A stretch of DNA of 63,870 nucleotides, the filler included, from Barthelona sp. PAP020 (Eukaryota), in assembly GCA_040182905.1 (NCBI GenBank). It is 3 parts of 3 records of this genome, joined end to end, with 100 filler letters (N's around TTAATTAATTAA, not from the genome) between each part and the next. Parts side by side here need not be neighbours in the genome. Positions count along the whole stretch, not along the records: positions 22,279 to 44,290 come from JARQWU010000178.1; 2 more parts are not named here. One strand, given 5' to 3'. Under the pieces are notes generated by a model that searched no databases, had not been told where the DNA came from, and saw only the letters and a list, made by a program, of their open reading frames with translations. Of this stretch, positions 30,642 to 42,018 are shown piece by piece (within the stretch, counting starts at the first letter, position 1; every line of letters starts with the position of its first letter). A program made the position numbers and the translations under genes.

Positions 30642-31568
30642 ATGAGTTCTCTTGCAGATTATCATCGTGTATTTGACTAAAATTGACCAATATAACTAAT
30701 ATTTAAGGAAGAAGTTGTTGGTGAAGGTACTTATGGTGTTGTTTATAGAGCAATACATCGTTCCACTGGTCGTATTGTTGCGTTAAAACAAATTAGATTG
30801 CTTGATGATGCTGATGAAGGTGTACCTTGTACTGCTTTGCGTGAAATTGCTGTTTTGAAACAAGTAAGTTCTCATCCAAATATTGTTGATTTAATTTCAA
30901 TTATTCACAGTGATAACCAATTATACCTTGTTTTTGAATTTTTGAATCAAGATTTGAGAAAACATATTGAAAGAACACCAAATGGTTTGTCTGCTGCTTT
31001 AGTCAAATCTTATTTGTATCAAATGGTTCGTGGATTAAATTTCTGTCATGCCAGAAGAGTCTATCATCGTGATTTAAAGCCTCAAAACATTTTGGTTGAT
31101 CGTGAAGGCAATATCAAACTTGGAGACTTTGGTTTAGCCAGAGGTCATGATGTTCCTTTGTCAATTTATACTCACGAAGTTGTAACTTTATGGTATCGTC
31201 CTCCTGAATTGTTGTTGGGTGCCAGATATTATCATGGTGCCTTAGATGTTTGGTCTATTGGTTGTATCTTTGCTGAAATGGTTACTGGTAATCCTTTATT
31301 TGCGGGTGATTCCCAGATTAATATGTTGCACTTGATTTTCCGAATTCTTGGATCTCCCAATGAAGATTCTTGGCCTGGTATTTCTTCTTTAGAATATTTT
31401 TCTTACAGTTTTCCTCAATTCAGTGGAAAGGGTCTTGAAGCTGTTTGTCCCAACCTTGAGCCTGCTGGAATTGATTTGATGAGAAAGATGCTTACTCTTG
31501 ATCCTGCTCAACGTATATCTTGCAAGGCTGCATTAGATCATCCCTATTTTGATGATATTCGTCATTAA
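30642..31568 (+). CDS. Cyclin-dependent kinase, CDK1/2-like; join(30642..30668,30708..31568), 295 aa
   Basis: Spliced N-terminus MSSLADYHR|EEVVGEGTYGVVYRA...VALKQIRL; PCTALRE, HRDLKPQN, DFGLAR, YTHEVVTLWYR. Confidence 0.93.
30669..30707 (+). other. 39-nt spliceosomal intron, phase 0
   Basis: GTATTTGACTAAAATTGACCAATATAACTAATATTTAAG. It contains an in-frame TAA, and removal restores the CDK N-terminus. Confidence 0.85.
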
Positions 31569-31880
31569 GATCTATTTATTGTATTGCATTTTGAATTTTT
31601 TGAATTTCTTGATTATTAATTAACGTTGTATGTTTGTTTTTGATCAGGATTTGAAAAATGAAAAATGAAAGATTTAAATTTTTATAAATGTTTAAAATGT
31701 TTCAATTTTTTTTTGCCTGCATTTTTAGAAAAAAAAAAAAGTACATCAAAAAAAAACTTTAAACATGAAGAACGTTTTAAAATAATTAAATATGTTAATT
31801 ATGAGAATTAAAAAAAAAAAATTCACAACAGTTTATTGATATTTTTGACTTTACGGATCTTTGACATCATTGATGACTGG

Positions 31881-34604
31881 TTAATGTTGAGGCTTAAACA
31901 AAGGATTCTCAAAGAAATGAATATTGTCCTGATTTTCCAAAACTTCAACATGATATTGATAATTTGAAGAAAATTCAAAACTGTTAATCCATTTTTCCAT
32001 TTTTAATTCCTCAAATAAATACTTAATTAGATTACATTTACTTCTAACTTGATCAGAATATTTCAAATGTAATGTTTTTGAAACGTATAATTGAATGAAA
32101 TCTGAAAAAACCAATAGAATATCTTCAAATAAGTTGATATCAACTTCAGATGTACTGAATTCATTAACTAAAAAATCAATGGTAGAATTGATAATCAAAA
32201 TTATTGTTTTATGATCGTTTTGTGAACAATTTTCAAAACTATTGAAATTCAGCAAAAGTTTGAAAAAAACTGGACAAATTTTTAATTTTATTGAAAAGTT
32301 AGAAGCTTTTAACAATTTAGAAAGAAATGAATGAATTTTTTGAACAAAGTTTTGATTTTTTGAGGCTAAAATTTGGAAAAATTTTGAAATTTTTGAAATT
32401 TGAAACAACTGAATTTTTAAGTTTAATAAAAACAAAAATAACTCTAAAATTGGATCTGTATCTTTCCTTTCAATATTTAATTTTAAAAATAACATACAAA
32501 TTATTGAATTAATAGGATAATCAATACCACAATAGACATCTTCAAAAGTTAAATGTATCGAAATATTCATCAATTTAGATAAAAATTGGTCAATTTTTTC
32601 AAGATGGTCATAAATATTTTGTTGAGATGCAGCAAAATTTCTTAATTCTGTTAGAATGTTGAAAAAATTGGTCTTTCTTTTCAAAATTAAAATATGAAAT
32701 TTGAACATTTCACATTTATCAAATATTGACAAAATATGATTCAAATCAACATTAATATCCATCATAACATTGATATTACTTTTACTTTTAGCAGAATTCA
32801 CATGATTACTGTTTACTTGAATTATTTCAAAAATAAATGAATAGATTTTAAAATGATCTTTAATCAATAAAGATGGTGTTTTAGTAATATTGATAAATAT
32901 TTCTAACAAAGAAAAAACTAATCTTATAATCCGAGAATCCTTTAAATGCAATAGTTGAATGGAAACATCAGTCAATTGATCAAAAAATTCAGACTTTTCT
33001 AAAACTGAAACATATTCGGGAAATGCTAAGAACCCAATCAAAGTCTGTAAAAAACAATGCACAGCAGATACAAATTGTTGATCAAAAATATTCAAACATT
33101 TTTTTAAAAAATTTATTTCGTCCAATATAACAAAAACATCTTTTGGAAATTCAGAACAAACCATAATCAAACATAAAAATACATACCTAACAACAGTTAA
33201 ATCAATAATATAAGGTGATACATCAATCAATTGTTGCAATAAAATTTGTTTAAATATATATATAATATCTTCTTTCAAACTTTTCTTAAATTTATCAACT
33301 TTTAAAAACAATGTAAAAAATTCCATCAATTCTACTTCAAATATTCCAGTAGAAAACAATTTTAACATTCGATTTTTCAGTAAATATTCAAAAAAAAACT
33401 CAGAATATGATTTGTTTTCTTTTTGTGATACATAACGAAAATAATTCGCCAAACATTCAATCCTTGCCACTAACAACGTTTCATTCAACTGTGAAGATGT
33501 GAAATGGGTAACATGATTTTGTCGGTCAAAACGATTAAATACTCGTTGATTCAAAGAGCCTATCTCCTGTAAAAACATATCCAAATCAGTTTTTTTATAA
33601 ACAAATTTTTTGAAAATCTTTTCTTCCAAATCTATCGATTCTTTGATAAATTCACCATGAGGTGACCAAATCAAACAATAACCTTTATCGATATGTACAA
33701 AAACATTATAAATATTATCAAAATCTTGATAAATGATTGAAGAAGTGCCAGCAATGAAAGGTTTTTCAATGTTCTTTTCAATATCTTCCAACATTTCGAT
33801 GGTAATCAAAGGATAAAGGAAATATTCATTCTGTACATAAGGATACATCAAGATCTTACTAGCTAATGCTACCTTACTTGCTAGACTCGGTGATTGACTG
33901 AAAAAAACAATTGAAAGATTTGATATCATAGCCCTCCAAATGTAAAACAATTTCAAATTCAATTTTAAGCTGTCATTCAATAAAAAATTGAAAAAATGCT
34001 TATTAAAATATTCAACAGAACGTGGTAATATAGGAATAAACGCGGAACATAACTCAACAACCAAGGAATTTGATAAAATTGCCAAGGATATTTTATCAAA
34101 GATTTGTTGACAAAAATTTTGCTGATTTACTCGCTTGTTTAACATATAAATATTCAAAATTTTCTCAAGAAAAACATCAAAACCTTGAACTAATGACATA
34201 AAAGAAAGTATAAAAACGCATATTTGCTGATATCCTCTTTCATGTTCACAATTCTCGTAGGTCTTGTAAAATGACACACCATTGATAAAATACTGTGGAA
34301 ATAAATCATTCGGAAGTGAAAAATAAATGCAACCTTTTTCTTGTTGATGACAACCTTCAGCCAGAACTATTGAGGTAATAATATCTAAATTTTTTTCATT
34401 TAAATCAATACCACAATAATCTTTCATCTTTGTGCCTACATGAACATCAAATTCAACCAATCCAACACCAAAAATGGGATTTTTTATTTGATTTTCATTT
34501 AATTTGACTAAAAAAGATAAATCTTCATCAATATTAACATCAATACTGTCTGAGATACTCTCTTCTATCTGTGAATCAATAATTATTGTCTCGTTTTCAT
34601 TCAT
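31881..34604 (-). CDS. DENN-like (Avl9/DENND11-type) protein with helical C-terminus, 907 aa
   Basis: GLVEFDVHVG..LAEGCH..YF..GVSFY..ERGYQQICVFILS..IVFFS..PFIAGTS. Confidence 0.7.
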   Translation of the reverse strand: MNENETIIIDSQIEESISDSIDVNIDEDLSFLVKLNENQIKNPIFGVGLVEFDVHVGTKMKDYCGIDLNEKNLDIITSIVLAEGCHQQEKGCIYFSLPNDLFPQYFINGVSFYKTYENCEHERGYQQICVFILSFMSLVQGFDVFLEKILNIYMLNKRVNQQNFCQQIFDKISLAILSNSLVVELCSAFIPILPRSVEYFNKHFFNFLLNDSLKLNLKLFYIWRAMISNLSIVFFSQSPSLASKVALASKILMYPYVQNEYFLYPLITIEMLEDIEKNIEKPFIAGTSSIIYQDFDNIYNVFVHIDKGYCLIWSPHGEFIKESIDLEEKIFKKFVYKKTDLDMFLQEIGSLNQRVFNRFDRQNHVTHFTSSQLNETLLVARIECLANYFRYVSQKENKSYSEFFFEYLLKNRMLKLFSTGIFEVELMEFFTLFLKVDKFKKSLKEDIIYIFKQILLQQLIDVSPYIIDLTVVRYVFLCLIMVCSEFPKDVFVILDEINFLKKCLNIFDQQFVSAVHCFLQTLIGFLAFPEYVSVLEKSEFFDQLTDVSIQLLHLKDSRIIRLVFSLLEIFINITKTPSLLIKDHFKIYSFIFEIIQVNSNHVNSAKSKSNINVMMDINVDLNHILSIFDKCEMFKFHILILKRKTNFFNILTELRNFAASQQNIYDHLEKIDQFLSKLMNISIHLTFEDVYCGIDYPINSIICMLFLKLNIERKDTDPILELFLFLLNLKIQLFQISKISKFFQILASKNQNFVQKIHSFLSKLLKASNFSIKLKICPVFFKLLLNFNSFENCSQNDHKTIILIINSTIDFLVNEFSTSEVDINLFEDILLVFSDFIQLYVSKTLHLKYSDQVRSKCNLIKYLFEELKMEKWINSFEFSSNYQYHVEVLENQDNIHFFENPLFKPQH

Positions 34605-35029
34605 TCATAATTATATGGCATATAACATATTGCACATAATAGCTTGATATAAATATATATGTTAAAAATAATTGTAAAAAGTGAAATCAAAAGAATCTCA
34701 ATGTAGAATGGTGTGAAAGAAATCTTTCCTCCTTCCATCATTTTGTTGGATCTTTTTTTATTTCTATTTTATTAATTTATAACCGATATATTTACATATT
34801 GTTCATCAAGAAAAAGTTAATAACAAAGAAAAAAAAAATGAAAATGAAACTTTACTTTAAATCAAACTCTCAATTCGCTAAATGTTTATCAAACAACCGA
34901 AATATCCATCTGATACAAATATCAAACAATAAAAACAACTAAATTCAACAATTCAACTCTGCACTAAAGATTCCATTTATTAAAAACTCCACAATCATTA
35001 TAAGCCATAACAATATATAGTTGAACAAA

Positions 35030-36097
35030 CTAATATGATGGAGGAGGCATGTTATAAGGATTGAAATTATTGTTCATTCTGTAATTGTTTTGGATGTAGC
35101 CATAATTGTTATTTGGATTGTAATAAGGTGTATGATCTTGTGTATGTGGTCCATGTGTGTGTGGTCCTCTATTGTAATTGTTCTGTTGATAATTTTGATG
35201 ATGTTGATTTGCATACTGTTGTGGTGGATAACTTTGTCCATACATTCCTTGTTGTTGTGGATTTCTTTGGTTGTAGTTCCTTTGTTGTTGCATTCTTTGT
35301 CTATTTTGAGCTTGGTTTGACTTGTCTTTAACAAAACCAGTCTTCACTCGTCGTCCTTGCACCAATTGTTCATTCATATTCGTTCTTGCAGCATTAGCTT
35401 CAGCAGCAGTTTCAAATTCAATAAAAGCAAATGATCTTGGTTGTGGTTTCTTGGAACTCTTCATTTCAAGTCTCAAAATAGTACCAAACTCTCCAAAAAT
35501 CGATTTTACTTGTGCTTCTGTAATATCAATAGGTAAATTATCAACAAATACATCACGTCTCTCATGAGGGGTAGATACATTTACTATTTTCTGACTAATC
35601 TTATTTTTTTCTTTAGCTTCCTTTATCTCCAATTCAACGTCACCAACACGAAGATTTTTCAGTTTTTCCAAACTATCAGAGGCTAATCTAGCAGAACCAA
35701 ACTCTAAAAATCCATATCCATGTTCTTTTAAATCGCAAGAAATCAATGAAGTAGAGTTTTTCAACGTTTCATGAACCAATTCCTCAATCTCAGTCACAGT
35801 CACATTATTAGGGATATTTCCAATATATAGATGGGTATTAGTATCTCCAGATTTGGCAGTAACCAATTTACCTTTAATAGTGGTCAAATTAAAAGTTTGT
35901 AAAGCATGTCTTCTTGCTTCTTCAGTACAAAAATGTATAAAAGCATAACATTCTGCACCATTACGTATAATTTGTATGGCTTTAATCTTTCCAGAAACTT
36001 TAAAAACCTTATCTAAATCGGCTTCAGTAATATTGGAGGGAAGATCAGATACGTGGATACGAAAAGTATCTATAACAGCAAATTCATCATAATCCAT
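35030..36097 (-). CDS. Three-RRM RNA-binding protein with Q/N/Y-rich low-complexity tail, 355 aa
   Basis: RNP2/RNP1 pairs IHVSDL/CYAFIHF, LYIGNI/GYGFLEF and VFVDNL/SFAFIEF. Confidence 0.9.
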   Translation of the reverse strand: MDYDEFAVIDTFRIHVSDLPSNITEADLDKVFKVSGKIKAIQIIRNGAECYAFIHFCTEEARRHALQTFNLTTIKGKLVTAKSGDTNTHLYIGNIPNNVTVTEIEELVHETLKNSTSLISCDLKEHGYGFLEFGSARLASDSLEKLKNLRVGDVELEIKEAKEKNKISQKIVNVSTPHERRDVFVDNLPIDITEAQVKSIFGEFGTILRLEMKSSKKPQPRSFAFIEFETAAEANAARTNMNEQLVQGRRVKTGFVKDKSNQAQNRQRMQQQRNYNQRNPQQQGMYGQSYPPQQYANQHHQNYQQNNYNRGPHTHGPHTQDHTPYYNPNNNYGYIQNNYRMNNNFNPYNMPPPSY

Positions 36098-36488
36098 AAT
36101 AAATATTTAAAATATCAAATAAAAAATATTGAAATACAAATTATAAAATTACAAAACAATAAAAAAAATAAGTGGTTGTTGAACTGTTTTTTTTTCTTTG
36201 CTATTTTTTTTTTCAACAATTATTATCCACTATGGGTTTTTGATTTGTTTCACCTATTAAAATTTAAAAAATTTCCACATATTTGTCCTTGAAAAAAAAA
36301 AAAGAAACTCAATATTGTTTTTATTTAAGACATATGCTTGATTTTATAATCAATTTTATGAACAAAAATGATAAAATAAAACTAATGTTACTATTTATCA
36401 AAAGAAATTTTGAATCAAAAAATTCCTTCAATTTTTTGCATTTGTTTTTTTTTTAAAACATTACCATCAAACACATAACACAAGCTCA

Positions 36489-36995
36489 TCAATTTTTTGA
36501 GAAAATTTGGTAAGCAGAATATAAAATAAAAATGATTATCAAAAAAATAAGCCCAAATTTCAATAGTCCTACCAAATTAGAGTAAAGAAAACCAGTTCCT
36601 GATAAAAGATAATTTATTTCATTCATTAAATTGTTAATTTTTTCAATAACATTGTCAAAACGTGTTTGTAAATCTTTTAATTTATTTTTTAATCCTTCTA
36701 AACCTTTTAAAGTATTTATAGTTTTATTATTTATTATTTTACATTGATTTAGATTGTCAATGCATATTTTACAAATATTTTTAAGATTGATTGCTTTTTT
36801 ATCTGAAGAAATCGAACAATAGTCCTTTGCAATTGAACTCAAAGAAATTAATTGATTCAAAACCTTTTCCAAAACATTCATTAAATCATCAATTTGTGTT
36901 TCATTTTGATAATTCTCCATAATCTCACTATATATAGTTTCTAAAAGTTTAGATTCATCAATCAAAGCATCAATGCTTTCGGGTAAATCATTCAT
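36489..36995 (-). CDS. Small tail-anchored coiled-coil protein, SNARE-like topology, 168 aa
   Basis: Helical/coiled-coil body with a C-terminal TM (FGLIFLIIIFILY). No diagnostic SNARE layer recognised. Confidence 0.5.
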   Translation of the reverse strand: MNDLPESIDALIDESKLLETIYSEIMENYQNETQIDDLMNVLEKVLNQLISLSSIAKDYCSISSDKKAINLKNICKICIDNLNQCKIINNKTINTLKGLEGLKNKLKDLQTRFDNVIEKINNLMNEINYLLSGTGFLYSNLVGLLKFGLIFLIIIFILYSAYQIFSKN

Positions 36996-37353
36996 CTTCT
37001 CAATTGATTGATATTTTTGAAAAATAAAAAAAAAGACGGAGTTAATTTTGGGAAAAATCTCATAAAAATGCCTTGATTTTCACAATGTGCCAAATTCTTC
37101 AGATTTAAATGTTCAAATATACAATAATAATAGAAAAGAAAACTAAATAACCCCATTTCTATTCTTTCTTTTGTTGAAATAAAAAATGAATAATACAAGT
37201 ACAATAAACTTTACAAAACCTTAAATCTAAATTATTGAAACCTTCTAATCTTTCAAATAAAATAAAAAGAAAAGGAAGAAGAGAAAAAGCAAGAAGAGTG
37301 GAATGAAATTATTATTTTTTTATTTGTGAACAAATTGAAATCAAACTTCTTTG

Positions 37354-39048
37354 CTAATTGATAATGTCCTTAATTATTCTTTGGAATTCAGCATTTTGAA
37401 GTAAATTTGCCATCAACAAACACTTTTCATTGATACCAAAAACTTCAAATGGTAAATCTGTACGATTTGCAAATAAATCCAAAGCCATCTCAATATCGTC
37501 ATAATTAGAATTCTGTTTTTTTAATTCTAAATGTAATGTTTTGATAGCATTTTTCAATAATTTTTCCAAAGGTGTTATTGAATTATAAAATTTAGCAATA
37601 TCTTGTCTATTACTAATCAATTTTTCTGTTTCTTTTTTCAATAAAATTCTCAATTTTTTCAAATCACTTTCTAATCTTCTTTCTATTTGAAATTGAGTTT
37701 CTGCTTTAAATTGGAAAGTATTCAAAGCTAACTTAGGTACTGGGGTTATCTTTTTATTCAACATATTACTGTTGTCAATGGCAAAATCAGGCATTTCTGC
37801 TTGTACACCATTCTTTTCATCATCATACCCATAACTACTGGAATTACTAAACTCTTGAATATTCTTGACACTATCTTCCTTTTCATCATCAATTTCAACC
37901 ATCTGAAACTCTAAATCATTTCTTAAAACACTTGTAGCTGAACGTTTCAACTCAAATGGAACATTTTCTATTTCAGTATCTATATCTTGGGTAATATTCT
38001 TAAACTCATCAATCATTTGAGTATTTCCTCGTCTATATGCTTTGATTTTACGAATTAAAATCTCATTCTCAGCTTTGATAACACTAACTTCCTTCTTCAA
38101 ATGAATCAAACGTTTCTTTTCAGATAAAACATCTCTTTCACATATTCTAACATGCTCTTGTAATTTTTCAACATCGGACACAATTCGTTTGTGACCTGTA
38201 AGACTTTGTTTCAACAAAGAAGAAATGTCTGTAGAATCAATTCTACTCATATCGCTTCGCATAGAATTGAGTTCGCTAGTAAACTCATTTTTAAGTGCTA
38301 ATAATGATTGATGATTCTCTTTAATCTTTCCATTGATAGCCTCCTGAACTAAGGTGTCAATATCTCCCTTTGCTTTGACTAAACGTTGCTTTTCTGAAGA
38401 AACAGAAGTATTATCCTTCACCAATAATTCAGCTTTACTCTTTAATTCAGTAATTTCTTTTTCCAACTTTTCTTTCTCCTTTAAAAATTGCTGTTGTCTT
38501 TCAAAAACTTCCTTTCCCAAATCTAATGATTGTTTAGTAAGCACAGGAATCTTCAATTTCAATTGTCCCATCTCCTGTAACTCTTTCGTCGATAAAGTAC
38601 GTTCTCTTGTTTCATCAATCTTAATTGCATTGACATCAAATGTTTTCGAAATATCAACATAACTTTTAGCAGATTTTGCTTCAAGCAAACCACCAGTTGT
38701 TGAAACTGGTGCAATACGTAAATGCTTTGAATCAGTGGGTAACATCTTGAAATCACTCAACGCATCAGCAGGTATGGAATGATCTAATTTGGCTAAATAC
38801 TCCTCGACAATACTTTGAGTAGAGTTTTCAACATGATTTGAATTCAAATTATTCACGGTAGTATTTGTATTATTCAAATTTATATTTGAACTATTAATCA
38901 TATTATTAACATTATTATTTGTACTATTAATTGTATTGTTATTATTGTTCTTAATTCTTGCACTATCAAAACCAGAACTTGAAAAAGCATCAACGATTGC
39001 ATTTAAATTTTTTCGTAATGCAGTATTTTGTTGATAATACCTTGACAT
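37354..39048 (-). CDS. Coiled-coil protein of unknown function, 564 aa
   Basis: Long ORF with an N-rich N-terminus and heptad regions. The C-terminus weakly resembles basal-body/ciliary coiled-coil proteins. Confidence 0.6.
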   Translation of the reverse strand: MSRYYQQNTALRKNLNAIVDAFSSSGFDSARIKNNNNNTINSTNNNVNNMINSSNINLNNTNTTVNNLNSNHVENSTQSIVEEYLAKLDHSIPADALSDFKMLPTDSKHLRIAPVSTTGGLLEAKSAKSYVDISKTFDVNAIKIDETRERTLSTKELQEMGQLKLKIPVLTKQSLDLGKEVFERQQQFLKEKEKLEKEITELKSKAELLVKDNTSVSSEKQRLVKAKGDIDTLVQEAINGKIKENHQSLLALKNEFTSELNSMRSDMSRIDSTDISSLLKQSLTGHKRIVSDVEKLQEHVRICERDVLSEKKRLIHLKKEVSVIKAENEILIRKIKAYRRGNTQMIDEFKNITQDIDTEIENVPFELKRSATSVLRNDLEFQMVEIDDEKEDSVKNIQEFSNSSSYGYDDEKNGVQAEMPDFAIDNSNMLNKKITPVPKLALNTFQFKAETQFQIERRLESDLKKLRILLKKETEKLISNRQDIAKFYNSITPLEKLLKNAIKTLHLELKKQNSNYDDIEMALDLFANRTDLPFEVFGINEKCLLMANLLQNAEFQRIIKDIIN

Positions 39049-39185
39049 AATTAATAATTAGTGTATGATTGACGATAAATTCAATAAAAAAAAATTTTTT
39101 TTTGTCAACATTTTTTTCAAAATTGAATTGCCTGCTTTATTAAAAAGAGAATGATTTTTTTAAACAAGAAATAGAATTCGATTAA

Positions 39186-41684
39186 ATGATTGATTCATTT
39201 ATTTTATTGTATGAAAATAATGAAAATGGATTGGAAGAAGAAAATATTTTAGAAAATGATATACTTATTGACACAATAATATATATAGAACAAAATTTAT
39301 GTTATAATAATGATGGAAAGTATACAACAAGTTTATTAAAAGAATTTCAACATAAATTGATATACATTAACAAAATTGTTGAATTTATATCGTTTTCTTT
39401 AAATTTTTCTTTACATTTAAATAATATTCAAAAGTTTTTGAATTGTTTTTTGCAAAATAAATGGAATTTTTCGAAACGTGGTATACAAAATAAGATACGA
39501 TTAAATTTGATTGATTTATGTGTTAGTTTAACTAATAAAAGGATTCCAAAGATTCTATTGGACATATATAATAATTGTTGTGATATGACATTTATTTTTC
39601 AATTTCTAAATTCAATAAAAGATGAAGAAATGATGTTAGGAATAATAAATTGTTTAAAATTGAATAATGGGGTAAAATTGAAGATGATAAGTGAATATTG
39701 TCCAAAAGTTTTAAAATATTTCACAAAAGAAATTATTGAAAAGAATAATGAATATTTGATATATTTGTTTGATATTTATAAGGCAAGTGATATTATTAAT
39801 CTGCTATTTAGTAAAAATAAGATGAAATTGATAAATGAAGAATATTTGATAAAAAATGAGCAATTGTGTTTTTTAATGATAAAATACTTACTAATGAATG
39901 GCAAGTATAATTTAGTTATTAGATTATTTGATTCTTTACTTGAATATAATGAGATTGTGTTAAATATTGAAACTTTTGCCAAAGACTATGTTGAAATGAT
40001 GTATTTGATATTATATAATTTTCCTTTAAAGTATAAACTGAAATTTTGTAGAGAAATTTTATTGAAAGAACAATATTTGACATATATACCTTTAATAATT
40101 TTAATCAAGATGTTTTCTTATGATAATTTTGATGAAAGATTTGTTGAATTAGCATTACCTTATATTTCTGCTAAAGATAACATTAATTTTTTATCATTAT
40201 TTTGTAATTTCATTGATATTGATTCATATGGAATTATTCAATTGTTTAAACCGATCATTAAATTTAAATTGAAAGATTTATTATTAATCATAAATTCTGT
40301 TGAAAAAATTATCAAACATTTTAATGAAGAATTAATGATGATTGATAAATTTCATAAATTATTTGAATCAAACATCATTTTTAATGTTGATACTTTACAA
40401 AAAGGTGTAGCAATATTTATCAATGTTACTTATGATATTGATAATATTCAAATTGATGATGAATTAAATCAAAAGAAATTAATTCAAGCATGTAATTCAA
40501 AGAATGTTTTTAAATATTTGTATAAATTTATTTATAAAAGTTTAAAGTTTAAACATCCTTTAATATTACAATATTATGATATTATTCCTGATTTAGTAAA
40601 AATTGATAATTTTACTGATGAAAATTTTGATTTTAAACATTTATTATATATGTTTGGGAATTCTATCAATTTTTTTAATGGTTTAATTGGTTGGAGTTTA
40701 TATTTACATGAAAAAGCTATGTTTCAAGCAAAATTATATATTAATACTCATATAATACAAATTCAAACATCATCATCATCATTAACATCAACATCATCAA
40801 ATAATAACAATATTGATGTTCATATTGATGTTCTTATTAATGATAATGATGATGATCATATTGATGGTTATAATAATCGTGAAAACAAAAATTATATGAG
40901 TAATGAATACAATAGAAGACTTTTACAAAAAATATTTATTAATGAATTAAATAAATTGGTAAAGAATAGTGAAATATTGAATATTTTTGAATATTTTGAA
41001 AGTATTGAATATTATACAATTGAAATGATAATATGTCATATTTTATTGAATTTGAATTTTGATTTTTATGTTAGCAAATTGAAGGAATTTGCTGAAAACG
41101 ATTCAAAAACAATTTTAAATTATGTTTGGATATTAAAATATGAACATAATTTAAATTTCAATCAAAATTTTAATTTGGATGAACTTTTTTTAAATATTCT
41201 ATTGATTGATCTAGAAAAAGATCAAGATATTACTAATATTTTGATACTTTTAACGGATTTATTAAAACATAACATTTTACCTCATTTTCAATTTATTCCC
41301 CCTTTAATCAATTTATTGAATTCTAAATCAAATTTAAATAATCAACATACAAATCAAATTATCAATCTTTTGTTACAATTAGGTGATACACATTCTACCA
41401 AAATGAATCTAGCAAAATCAGTTATTTTTACTTGTGTGAAGCTAGCACCAGATTATCTTAACCTTTTGATCACTAGTTTTACTTCTTTAAAAGATATTTC
41501 TTTCAATTCAGATCAAATAATTCTTCAAATGTTTAAACATTTCAAATCTTTTAAAATGTTTGAATTAATTTCAAAACATAACCTTAGCATTTCAAAAAAA
41601 TTAGCTGCAAAAATTATCAATAAATATTCAGATAATTTTGAACTAACCAAATACTTACAAGATAAAGTGTTAGATAACGGTTGA
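39186..41684 (+). CDS. Hypothetical I/L/N/K-rich helical protein, 832 aa
   Basis: 2.5-kb uninterrupted ORF in extremely AT-rich DNA; no motif recognised. Confidence 0.65.
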   Translation: MIDSFILLYENNENGLEEENILENDILIDTIIYIEQNLCYNNDGKYTTSLLKEFQHKLIYINKIVEFISFSLNFSLHLNNIQKFLNCFLQNKWNFSKRGIQNKIRLNLIDLCVSLTNKRIPKILLDIYNNCCDMTFIFQFLNSIKDEEMMLGIINCLKLNNGVKLKMISEYCPKVLKYFTKEIIEKNNEYLIYLFDIYKASDIINLLFSKNKMKLINEEYLIKNEQLCFLMIKYLLMNGKYNLVIRLFDSLLEYNEIVLNIETFAKDYVEMMYLILYNFPLKYKLKFCREILLKEQYLTYIPLIILIKMFSYDNFDERFVELALPYISAKDNINFLSLFCNFIDIDSYGIIQLFKPIIKFKLKDLLLIINSVEKIIKHFNEELMMIDKFHKLFESNIIFNVDTLQKGVAIFINVTYDIDNIQIDDELNQKKLIQACNSKNVFKYLYKFIYKSLKFKHPLILQYYDIIPDLVKIDNFTDENFDFKHLLYMFGNSINFFNGLIGWSLYLHEKAMFQAKLYINTHIIQIQTSSSSLTSTSSNNNNIDVHIDVLINDNDDDHIDGYNNRENKNYMSNEYNRRLLQKIFINELNKLVKNSEILNIFEYFESIEYYTIEMIICHILLNLNFDFYVSKLKEFAENDSKTILNYVWILKYEHNLNFNQNFNLDELFLNILLIDLEKDQDITNILILLTDLLKHNILPHFQFIPPLINLLNSKSNLNNQHTNQIINLLLQLGDTHSTKMNLAKSVIFTCVKLAPDYLNLLITSFTSLKDISFNSDQIILQMFKHFKSFKMFELISKHNLSISKKLAAKIINKYSDNFELTKYLQDKVLDNG

Positions 41685-42018
41685 TTACTTTTGCATTTTA
41701 TAAAAAGAAAGAATATTTTTGTCATTTTTATTCAAGATTCAATCTGAAAATTTATTTTGCTGATATAATTTGGTGAATGAAACAGGATTTGAAAGAATTA
41801 TTCCTCTCTGTAGCTCTAGTTCTATGATTCACTTTAAATGTCTTCATACAGCTTCCCTTTGTAAAAGTTTGATTTTTTTCATTAACCTGTTCTACCAACA
41901 CATCTTTTCTCTCGTAATCTTTCATATTATGAGCATTTCTTTGTCTCTGAAAGCAAAATTGAATGAATCAAAACTTCTTGACAAAGAAAAAAAAACATGC
42001 CTTTTACGAAAGCCACCT

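Noticed and set aside
41750..41930. Short ORF-like, slightly GC-richer segment between the orphan gene and maf
   Set aside because: The best minus-strand ORF is ~57 aa with no recognisable motif; cannot be supported as a gene.
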